Positions 51,301-63,300 of a stretch of DNA of 64,000 bases are shown here, in pieces. The translations under genes and the position numbers were made by a program. Positions within the stretch are counted from its first letter, which is position 1; each line of letters begins with the position of its first letter. Source of the DNA: Acanthaster planci (lineage: Eukaryota); the NCBI RefSeq assembly GCF_001949145.1, contig NW_019091355.1, forward strand, positions 3,268,646 to 3,332,645, written 5' to 3'. Under the pieces are notes generated by a model. It was given only the letters and a program-made list of their open reading frames with translations, searched no databases and was not told the DNA's origin.

Positions 51301-54300
51301 CAGGTAAAGAAAAAAGGCACGGTCTGAGTAGAAATAAGTAGATGCGAGAATTATCACTGAGTCAGTCAAGGTCAATCAAAGTCATTCCACAAGTCACCTT
51401 ACGAGTCAGGATGGTGTTGAGACTCATTTTAGGGGATCTGGTTTTGCTTGACTGGCTCTTCTTAGCTGTATTTTTGGAATAGATGGTTATTAATATGTTT
51501 GGATAAATGTTGTAATTGCAGTCAAAAAAAATTTATTGTTGTGACCACAGTTGGCCATGGTTTGCTTGCCAAGGATGGTTGGAAGACAGAACTTAATGGA
51601 TCAGTCTATTGAATTTTTCCGTCAAATTTATCTTTTTCTTCCAGTGGAACACTCTCTTGGCCATGGTGTAGCCTTTCTCTTGCCATGGTGTAGCGTTTCT
51701 CTTGCCATGGTGTAGCCTTTCTCTTGCCATGGTGTAGCCTTTCTCTTGCCATGGTGTAGCCTTTCTCTTGCCATGGTGTAGCCTTTCTCTTGCCATGGTG
51801 TAGCCTTTCTCTTGCCATGGTGTAGCCTTTCTCTTGCCACACTGTTGAGTTCTTGTTGATTGCACCCTCCCCCTCCAGGTGACTCAGACCTTCTACATCA
51901 CCCTGACCCCGGTGGACGACTCCCTACCGTTGCTGACCAACCTGGGCATGCGCGTCCAGGAGGGTGTCCGGAAGTCCATCACAGAGTTTGAGCTCAAGGC
52001 CCAGGACATGGACACACCGGTCAGTAACTGAGCACTGCCCTCCCCTTCCCCGTCAGGACATGGCCTCACCCCAATTAAGCCTCCACCAGGGAAAATACGA
52101 TCAGACCTAGTGGACTTGAAGTTTTATAAAGCCGTTAAGATCGTCACAAAGCATACCATGATTACAGGAATCTTTTGTTGGTTTTCTTATCCAGAGTTAG
52201 AGATTCTTCCAAAGATTTTGCTGTATCTATTCAGTAAATATAGTTGTGACGGCCAGTCATTGTCAAACTTGAATTTTTTGTACAAGATTTATTTGGGGTT
52301 TATTTTAGGTGTTTCTCCCAATCACTGATGCACATTTGGTGAACACTGCATACTCAGTGTTGTCCTGAATCTTGTGAAACTTTTTTACTAAGTACCTCAT
52401 TTTGAACTGAAACCCAGGACCTCCTGCTTACTAGTGGAGACTCCTTAACCCCTTGACCAACGAGCTTGCCGCGGTTGGCTGGTTGGTTCGAAATGGACGA
52501 GTAGGGGTACTGCAGGAAACGTGTTTTATAAAAAAGAAATTGTGCGTTGGGGAGATTTTTTGGTGTGGTTGTTTTGCCCGTAGGTTTTATTCATCCTACG
52601 GCGTCCTGATTAAATACTGAGCAGCCTAACGTCACTTCAGTTTAAGCCTGCATTATCAATATCGTTAATTACTTGATTTGGATGACCATTCCCACCGCAG
52701 GCGGACTCCATCATGTTCACCATCTTCCGCCAGCCCCAGCACGGCACCATCGACTACACCCCAGACGAGGCGCGCTACGCCCCCACCTTGACCTTCTCTA
52801 TGACCGACGTGTACGAGAACCGCATCAGCTACAGCCACGACGGCAGCAACACCCTGGAAGACAGCTTTGAGTTCACGGTGACGGACGGCACCAACCCTCT
52901 CTTCATCATCGAGCAAGGGACAGAGCTCATTACCACGTCTGCACAACAGGTAGCCGAGGGACTGTTGATTTGGGATTTGGACAAAATAAACCAGGCTAAT
53001 CCTCCTACATCCCAGACTTACATTTTTGGGGGCAAAATTCTCAGGAATCCAGGGCAGGGTACTATGATATAACATAGATCTTGACGTCCCAACATTATTT
53101 GCTCCAAATTTCTGCATTGGCTTTCTGTGCAGTGCTAACTTTTTGCAGTTCCAAGAAGATATCCCCCCCAGAGATAGGGTCAAAGAAACTAAATAAAATG
53201 GATTATTATTTTGAGCTGTTGATATCACTGTTTTAGTGTACTGTTTTGGCAGATTCCTTTGTCAAGAGTGTTATTAATTACTGAAGGAAATGCTCCACAG
53301 ATAAATGCTCAACAGGTGTCAAAATGCAAAATGGGAAGATCTTTTTGTTGACACAAAATTGTGCTGTGTACAGTACAGAAGCTGAGCGGCTTTGTAACAG
53401 CTTCCCTGCCAACATTTCTTAGGATCCTTGTCGCTGTTGATAGGCTCTGTGCTGATTCCCTGCTAAGCACTTGTATGTACTGAGCAAAATGTTCCATCGT
53501 GTGAAATTACCCCTGGCCGCAAGGTTTGAAAAAGCAATGTGAACTTCGTCTGTAGTCCTTGTCATAAGTAGTAGACCATTAAAAACCTGAAAGCATACCT
53601 TGTAAGTTTCAACATTTTTACAGACCTTTCATCATATTCCACAGGGTATTAGGGTATTAGTTGTCGGACGCGAATTCTTACCGACATTAATCCGTTGCTG
53701 TTTCTGTCCCACGCATTCCAGACATTTCAGATAACCATCCTGCCCGTCGATGATGGCACTCCCAGAATCATCACCAACCTGGGCCTGTCCTACCTGGAGT
53801 ACCTCGATGAGCAGGTCAGTCACGTTGAGTTCATGAAAGGACTGCACATTAAGCATAGCCATATTAGGACTGTTGGGATTGCTGTTACCAACTTGGAGAA
53901 TGATATTAAAACCGGCTTGATGCGGAGAGCATCTTGCTAGTGCCATGTACGCTTTTTCCTTTTGAATTCTGTGTTCTGTATTCCTCAATAACAACCACAC
54001 TCACTGGAGATATAAAATTCACCAGTATGCTACAGATGTAGGGGAAAATCTGTCAAAAGACAATAAGGGAAAAGTAGATATAGGTTTTAGGTGAGGGAAA
54101 ATGCCAGATAATTCATTCCGAGGAACAACCTACCTAATCAAGTAAGGCCCAACAAACCCATTTCATGTGGTGGACAAGGTGGGTTGGAACCAGGGCCATC
54201 AGAGTTTGAATGCCAAGCCGTGGACCTAACGGCCAACCCAACCACCTGTCCATCTTTCCCCTAGTAAGTTTTCCACCCTTTCCTCCTGGGCAGGCGATGG

Positions 54301-57300
54301 GCATCATCACCCGAAAGAACCTGGCCACCATGGACGCGGACACGCCCGACAACCTCCTGGTCTACACCATCAGGACTCCGCCCAACCACGGCATCCTGGA
54401 GTCCACCCTGACCCCCGGCACCCCGATCACCGTCTTCACCCAGGGTAAGTATATGGGGAAAAAATTCATGTATCTATCCCTTGTTCGCTAATGGGCTTGA
54501 CTTCAATTTCAATCCTCTCTGGGAATGAAACTAAGGGTTTTTAGCCCAAGGAAACAAAGAGCAAGAAGACGAAAGAGGAATTTGGCATTTTAGGAGAAAA
54601 TTCAAAATAATATTTTGGAGAAAACCCAGGAAATCAGGTAGGGACTGAAAACCCAATTCGTGTCAACATTGTGTCTAGATTTTGAATCGGAGAGGGTTGA
54701 GTGGGGAATTTTTTTCTAAAATTGTAGTCCATTTTTTTCATGCGTTATGAAATAAATCCTTCCCTCCCCACAGAGGAAAGTGCCAGGAGGTTTTCCAGTA
54801 CTTGGCTGCGTCCCTGTCTCAGTCAGACAAAGGCCGAGACAGAGGGAAAGCTGACTCTCTAATAAACATTCCAGTGCTGTTTCTGAAGAAGTGTTGTGCT
54901 TGCAATTCCCTTTAAAAAGGTTGTGTAAACCCCCCCCTCAAATTTTAAAGAGCTGTGGTAATGTGGAGCTGCACAGAGTGGTGTAAAAATGAATAATTCA
55001 TGAGATGCTTTTGTGTCGTTGGCCAATGGCAGAGGACATCAACAATGGCATCATCCACTATGCCCTGAACCCCGGGGCGGAGCCGGAGCTGGCCGACCGC
55101 TTTGTCTTCGACGTGGCCGACAGCAAGCCCAACACGGTGTCAGGCACTGTCTTCCGCATCCGCTGGTCCCTGATCCACCTGGAGCGGGGCGCCTACAATG
55201 TCAGCGAGACGGCCGGGGTCATCAGCGTCCCCGTCAAGAGAAGCGGCAATCTCAATCAGGTATGCCAAGGAGAGAAAAACAGGTGTTACTTGTATTGTGG
55301 GCTGTCATGATTATTCATGTCCCTCACAGCGTTTTGACCAATCACAGCCGTGACTGCATAATGGGTGGTCAACCAAAGTCTGACCTGTATGCATGCATTT
55401 CCAATGATTTGCAAGTAAAGAGCATACCATGTGGGCATTGGAGAAGTGCTCAGACTGTTGCTGATTAGAGCTTGATTGGTAGCTCTTAGGCAGCAGATTT
55501 CCATGACAGTTACCATCCTCCTTGTATGCTGTCCTTAAACACAAACCTTTAAGATACGATGTAAAGCAGTTCTGTATTGTAAAGCTTCATTTGAAGTTTA
55601 GTTGGTGCTGTGTTGACTGTTTTAAACATTTAATTGAAGTCATATATCTTGCTTAAAGACAGAAACGGAGCAGCTTTGAACAGTTTTTGAACCCACATCT
55701 TGGTGTTGTCTCTGCCTATGGTTTACCCATTATCATGACCACAACTCCCTACTTGCAATTGAATGATTTTACATTTGAGCACCTCGATCCCAAATCCTTT
55801 GCATTTCCTGTCACCCACATCCACAGTATGCCATCGTGCTGTGCCGTACCGAGTCTGGCTTTGCCACGTCGGTAGGTGGACAGCCTGGAGAGAGAGACTA
55901 CATTGAGCAGGCCGTCCAGGTGCAGTTTGAAGAGCGGGAGGACACCAAGCTCTGCAGCATCGTCATCAACGACGACGCGGTGTTTGAGGGGCTGGAGGAC
56001 TTCATCGTGGAACTGAGTATGCCTGCCTATGCCCTGCTGGGCGACCCAACAGCAGCGCTGGTCACTATAACGGACGATGAAGACGGTAAAATAGATTGAT
56101 TAATTGATTTGATTTTAAATATGTGATAGAATTAATGCAGTTTGATTTGATTTGATTGATTTGATTTGATTTGATTCAGTTATATTGATTGCATTTGATT
56201 GAATTAACTAGTAGTGATTAAAGTGAAGTGATTTAACTGCTTCTGATTCTTTACCCATTGGTAATTTGATCTACCCTTGTCACACATTTTAATCTGATTC
56301 AATCCCAATTTGATTAATTTTTGGAATTAGGTGAGAACTACCAGTTGAAATAATAGAATATGTAAGGTTTTAGTTTGACTATTAAGTACTGACAATCACT
56401 GTTTCCTCTCCTTCAACAGAGCCAAGCATTGAGTTTGATCAGTTAGTTTTCCACGTCAATGAAAGTTCGGGATTCCTCTTTGCTCCAGTCACCAGGAAGG
56501 GTAGGTACTCAAGAAAAAACGTCAAGGAATACTTTCATGTGTGCTTGCATGCAGCACCTCGCAGGCAACCTATGCCTAGTTCACGTATCACACAAGTGGG
56601 ATGATTATCTTACACTTTTAAATGAAATACTTACAAAGAAATTTACAAACAAACCATATAGGGAAACTAAAGTGCTTACAGATGATTATAAAGATGAAGA
56701 CTGGAAGAAATTGACTGGGAGTGGGATGTGAATCTGCAACCTCTGAAACACCGTACCAGTGCTCTACTAACTGAGCTATCCAGCCCTACGTTGGTGGCTC
56801 TTCCCACTTGCCAATATGTTGCTCGTCGAAAGCCATGAAACTTGAAACCCCATATGGCCAGGGATCACGCCCCAATCACACGATGCAACCTGTTAAGTGG
56901 TGAACAGGGATCACTCGAGGAGGACAAAACTGTTTGAAGACACAAAATCATGAAACAAACTATATAGAACTTTAGTTGTTAAAATGCCGTGGCTCGTGGA
57001 AATTCAGAGGTGAAATGTAGGAAATGGACCAAGCAAAATACTTTCTGGAGAGACAACTTTTTTCTCCACCTTTGGAAAGCGAAATTGTAACACTCCCTTC
57101 TCCGCTGTCCCTCTTTCCTTGGTAGGCGATTCCAGTCGCAGCGTCTCTGCCATCTGCTTCACCATCCCCGGCACGGCCACGGGCAGCAGCCTGACCGGCC
57201 TGGAGTCGGGGTCGGACTACAAGACCAGAGGGATGGACGGCGAGTACCGGGTGGTCTTCCCGGCCGGTGTCAACACGGCGTCCTGCGACATCAAGGTCTG

Positions 57301-60300
57301 TAGCCAGACATCTCAATCATTTCGGGGTTGCCTAAAAGCAGGCTGATTTTGCATTGCATGTTACTGATTCACGCTGAGGAGTTTGAATCTTTTTTTTTAA
57401 TATTCCAATTCATTCAGTTTGGATTTGTTTGATGAAAGTAGTATTGTGGGTTCTTGGATGAATTTTGAAGGGAGATGGACATTTACATACCATCAGCTGA
57501 ACCATGCATTGGCCTGCCTTGAAATGTGCACAACATGAACGTGCGCAAAATTGACACCCTGCTGGTTTGAAAATGAAAGGCAGAAGTTGCATTCCCCCCC
57601 CCCAATCCAGATCATCGACGATGCCATGTTTGAGGCAGAGGAGGAGTTTGAGATCGCGCTAGCCATGCCATCGCTGTGGAGCAGGCTAGGGAGGAAATCC
57701 AGGGCCATGGTGATTATCAACGGGCCGAATGACGGTGAGCTCTTGTTCTCCTTGAACCAACAAACCTTTTGCATGGATTGAAATCTGTTGTCTAAAAAGT
57801 GCAGCAAAAATAGTCACGGAATCCAACATCACTAAATGTTCGCACAACAAATATCTCTCTGTTTGTATCCATAGCAACAAGCCAAAGCTCTCTCTTTGGT
57901 GCTTGTGTTCAATAAGTTAGTATAAAAAAAAATGCCCTGGATTAAGAAGTGAGAGATTCACATAATTCTGGTCATGTGTGAGAGAAGTTGTGCGCTTGTA
58001 GCGTTGAAAAGCCCTGGAAAGTTGCCGTACGTCATGGTTGACATCCCCCCCCCTGCTGGATGTTTGAATATCCTCCACCTCATCGTGTCATCCTCTCTCC
58101 TCTTTCACAGAATCGCTGGTTTCTCTGAGCCAGAACACCTATATCTTCAATGAGAACGCCGGCACAGTGGAGATTGAGGTAGTGCGTCACGGCAGTGATC
58201 TGTCCCACACGTCCATGGTCTGGTGCTCGGTCAAGCCCAGCGACCCTCCCTCAGCCACGCCGGGTGCCGACTTTGTGCCGAGTACCAGCCAACTGACCTT
58301 TGGCCCACAGCAAACCGTCGAGGTAGTTCTAAGAGGAACTCGGATTGGTTTATTTTTAATTTCGAACGAACAACTGGAGCGAGGTTGCAATGGAAACTGT
58401 AAATGTTTGCAGTTAACACTAATAACTTGCATTTGTGATTTGTGGCCCTGGAACTGTGCTAATGCAAACTGTTTGTTTTTAATTTGTCCGTTCTGACCCC
58501 ATTCATGTCTTCTCGTCCAATCAGGTCTGTCGGGTGACCATAGTGGACGACACGGCCAGTCCTCAGATGGAAGGCAACGAGACCTTTGTCGTCTATCTGA
58601 GCTCGGCCATGGGGTCTAGCCTGGCCACGCCCCACGAAGCCATTATTGTCATCAATGACACTGTGGACGACGGTAAGTCCAAAGTCGTTTGATATTTGGA
58701 AGGATCTTGTCCTTGTTCAGGATGTCTCATCTCTTTCTTCCGTGTTTTTATTATCACCACTATGTAATGGAAGTAAACTGATTTTTGAAGAATATTCTAT
58801 GGTTTTATTTTATTTTTCACCATTTCTTTCAATAAGAAGAAGCAAACACAAAATGCTGCTCTGTTAAAAAACCTACACATAGAGTACTAAAATTGTCCCA
58901 CATTTTGTCGTCGAAATCTAAACTCATCTTTTTAACCTACATTTAAAATTTGGATATATAGCTATGATGTGTCATCCTTTCCTCTTTGTTTTTTTCAAAT
59001 GTACGTGTAATTCTTCACCCTAACCCCTTAGGGTGTGTGAGAAATTCCATCAAACAGGGGGTTTAGAACGGTTAAGATTCTGAAAGTCAAGATGCTCGTC
59101 ATCATTGCCATAATCCGTCTGTGTGTCACTCCAGTCCCCACGATGCAGTTCTCTCTCAGCGAAGTCAAGGTGGAAGAGCACCAGGGGCTGGTCCACATCC
59201 CCGTCGTCCGCAGCGGCGACCTGTCCTTCGAGTCCTCGGTCCGCTGCTTCACACGGCAGCACAGTGCCTCTGTCATGATGGACTACGACGAGCGCCGCAA
59301 CACGGACGAGTTCCGGATCGTCTTTGCCCCCGGGGAGAAGGTTAGTGTTTGATTTAGATTCTGCATGGAATCCAGCCCAGCAGCTGCTGCTGAATGTAAC
59401 ATGCTTATCCACGTATAACGCCCGCATCGGCAGTGCTTTCTGCATCTCGAAGTATTTGAGAATTCGGTCAGTCTGACTTTTGGAAAGGAAAACTTGCCTT
59501 TGTTTGTAGCAGTTGATGAATCCACGGAGGTTGTTACCTTTATCATTTCTTGTATTTATGATCAGTTCTCCAGTCTAAATGTCTAATTCTTTCTGTTTTT
59601 AGGTTAAGAATTGCACAGTAGGCATCGTTGATGACCAGACTTACGAGGCTGACGAGCAGTTCCGAGTCCGCCTGGGCGATCCAATCGGCAGCGAGTTCTG
59701 CCACGCGCAGATCGGCAAGAACAACTCAGCCATGATAACCATCCTGGACACTGAAGACGGTGAGTCCAAAACGATACTTCCAGTCGTAGCCTTCATCGAT
59801 CGTCCACCAGTGTTTTATTCCAATTCTTATCAGAGACCCTGTCTTAACCACTTGCCGCCGGGGACTCCGGTTTCGGGCACTGTGTGTTTATACGCGTGGC
59901 CAGGGTCTCCGAAATCAGAAAAAGGGAACTGGGCCTTGTAACAAAAGACCGTACTCAGAACAAAAGACCAGGCTGTTGGGCATTATCAACATTTTTTCAC
60001 TCTCAATAGTGGAGAAAATCCAGCCTTGTTTTGAAACAGTATACCTCGGTTTGAGGCATTTAGAGCCAGCGGATTACCTCCGGGGACAAAAGCTCTCCAC
60101 CACTGCAGCCACATCGCACCGCTGCACGCTAATCTGGCCCCTGTTGAATAGAGGTCAGCAGCGCACTGTGCTGGTTTCGGGAACAAAAGGATCTTACGTA
60201 ACACCACACAATCTGGGCTCTTTTTACAAGGCTGCAGGCCTGGCTGAAATACTCAGGCGTCAATAGATTTTGTCTATATAGTGTCTTGTCTTGTCTATGT

Positions 60301-63300
60301 CAGACTAGAGTGGCCACCAGACAGTAATTTGTGTGGGTGTAAATGTCCATTAATTGAAATTATGAATTTTTGACGAATTTCTAACAAATGAAAATCTTGA
60401 AAAAGTCGCGATTGTGTGCACTACATTTTCCAAACCACCCGGCAGCAAGTGGTTAAAGAGCTTAGGGACGAAACGTTCTGAAATTTGACAGAGTTCTACC
60501 CCTAGAACTCAGTGACGAATCATATTTAAGTCAATGGCAGATGTCCGAAGTACCCTGTCACGGCATTGAGTTGATGCAGTTCAAATTCATTTTATCCCTT
60601 TGTAGCTCCAACCGTCCAGTTTGAGCGGATGGCCTACAGCGTGCGAGAGCCCAGCGACCCGGATGAGATGTCGGTGGTGACCCTGACCGTGATCCGGACT
60701 GGCGACCAGAACCGCACCTCCCGGGTTCGGACGAGCACCCGGGATGGCTCGGCCAAGTCCGGGGTGGACTACGAGGCCCACTTCAAAGTGATCCGATTCC
60801 GACCAGGTACCCATTGGAATTTGGTCTTACGCTCCTGGAGAAAGAACCGAGACTAATTTTGTGGACCAGCTGGTGCAGCAAAATACTGCAAATTTTGATG
60901 CTACGCAAGATTCAGCAGGGAACCTACCACAATGTACACATATCACATTGATATTTGATACAGTGATACTTGATCATAGGATTTTTTTTTTTAGTAACAT
61001 AACAAGGTTCTGGTCTTATTAGGTTGCTTTTGGGGATTGTGAAAATTGCATTAAGGTTGGCATTAATTGTGAAGGTCTAATTTTGACCCACAGTTTGAAA
61101 GCTAGCAACAGAGGCACCATTCCGACGCAGCTTTTGCTCTTCCAGCTTTCTGACTGTCCTTTTCTCTTGTACGCATAGGCGTCCGTTCCGTGGACATCGA
61201 GATTAATATCATGTACAACAAGGACATGGAATGGCACGAGACCTTCAGCGTGGTCCTCGGACCCGATGACCCAGTCAACGCCCTCCTGGGGCCCATCACC
61301 ATGGCGACGGTCACCATCATCGACGAAGAGGCTGCAGGGAGTGTGGTCCTTCCCTCCACGCCGCTGGTGAGTCCCATTGGCTGCTTGACCCTGTCTATTA
61401 AAAAAAAATGCCTCTGTTGGTATAATTTACTGTTAGCTCACCCTGACAAGGGTACTCTGTCGGGCTTATCCATAAAAAGGCTTCCCCTCTCAAGATCTTG
61501 GGTGTCCCCAATCTTATTGAAACTTGGCATACATGTAAAGACATCCAACACGAGCGTAGCTGTGAAGTTTTTAATTCATTCCTGCCAAGGGTTTCGTTGT
61601 TTTATTGTTTATTCCGTCATGTGAGTCAGCCTGCTTTTTGAGCCTGTCAGTGGGAAAAGTTAATTTTGCGTTTGTGTGTTGTTTTTTTGCCTACCTTTGT
61701 TACAAAAATGGATATTTTACAAAAACATTTGTCTGGTTTCTTGATCATAATATCACACACGTTGCTGAAACATCTCTGTGCGGTTTGTTGGCCAGGTTGT
61801 GTCGTTAATGGACTATGATGACATAGCTGATAGTTTGGACCATGATCCTGCCCCGGGCTACCCACTCATCTGTGTTACTGTAAGTACTCCTGGGAGAGAA
61901 GTTGTAAAAGAAAGGGTAGTTGGTTTTGTTCATGGGTCTAAGATGGGAGATATGTTTTCCTTTCTTTGGTCATTGAAATATTGCACAGGCATTGAACAAG
62001 AAATAGGTATCTCCATTCGGTGTCGAGATTGAAAAGGAAAAGAAATGTCTAAGTTGTGAAAAAGCAAAGACTTTTTTTTACTTGTGGCCCGCATTAATCA
62101 TGTTTTATATTCACATCATGGCGAATATTAGACTGCAACATTTTTAATGATTTTTTAATGTTTTTGTTTTCAATAATGAAATCAAAAGACCGATATTTGC
62201 CAAGGTAAAGCTGAAGCTACATGTAAACTGTCTCAGATTCACTGCCTATTCTGATATATTCTCGCAACAAAATCTAACGCATGACTACTCTGTTGCCTTC
62301 GTTTTCGCTAAACTGTTTTCCAGAAGTTGATATTGTCAAGGTAAGGATGATTTTGAGAGCAGGTGCATAGCACCTGCACATGCATGTCTGGTAAAATTTT
62401 GGCCCACGCCAAGTTTGTGTTTATGAGCTGAACAAATTTGGCCATCAGCCACAGCGTAATTGTTCCAGTTGGTGTCATTGGAAGTAGTTAGGTGCGTATG
62501 GTGTATGCATGTTGTGATGGTGTTGGTGTTTGCCAGGTGCTTATCTTTCAGAGTTATGTGTGCCTTTCTGTGGTTTTTTTTACTTTTGGCGTTAAAGTTC
62601 ATACGATAATTTGTTAATTTTTAATTTGTTCCAAATTTTGTTGGTGATGGGTTTTTTTAATGATTTGTTGACTCGGTTTAAGTTTGTTACAGGTTTGAAA
62701 TATTCAATTATTTTTTATGCAGCCGTGTGATCCCCACTACCCTGATTACTCCATGACGCGTTCCATCTGTGAAGATGCGGGCATCAACATTTCTAACATC
62801 CACTACAATTGGGAGGTTGCCATGCCGACGGATGCGGAGGGCTCCAGGGCACCCTTTGAGCGCGTCGTGGACTACACCCCATTCACCGCGCCCAACGAGA
62901 AGGTCCTGGACAGCGTCTACTTCAGCCGGCGCTTCCACGTGCGCTGCATGGCACAGCCCTATGACCGGAGTGGCCGGCCCGGCGTGCCGCTGCGCAGCAA
63001 CATCGTGGAGATCGGCACAGACAATGGCATCTGCCACACCCCGGTCACGGCGGGCGTGGCACGCGGCATACAGGCCCAGTCCTTCATCGCCAACCTGCGC
63101 TACGTAGACCCGACAGACCTGGATCACCCCAACACCCTCCACGTCTCCGTGGAGATCCCCCACCAGGACGGCATGTTGCCGGCAATATCCACCGTCGCCA
63201 TCCACAACATCCGCCTCCTGCTGACGGAGCCCGTCTACCGCCAGCAGCACATTTGCTCCAACCTCATCAACAACCCCTCCTGGGGAGGCCTGACCGACTA

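Noticed and set aside
51593..51865. Repetitive minus-strand ORFs / possible CRISPR array
   Set aside because: Pure 22-bp tandem repeat with no unique spacers and no cas genes; the ORFs are by-products of the repeat.
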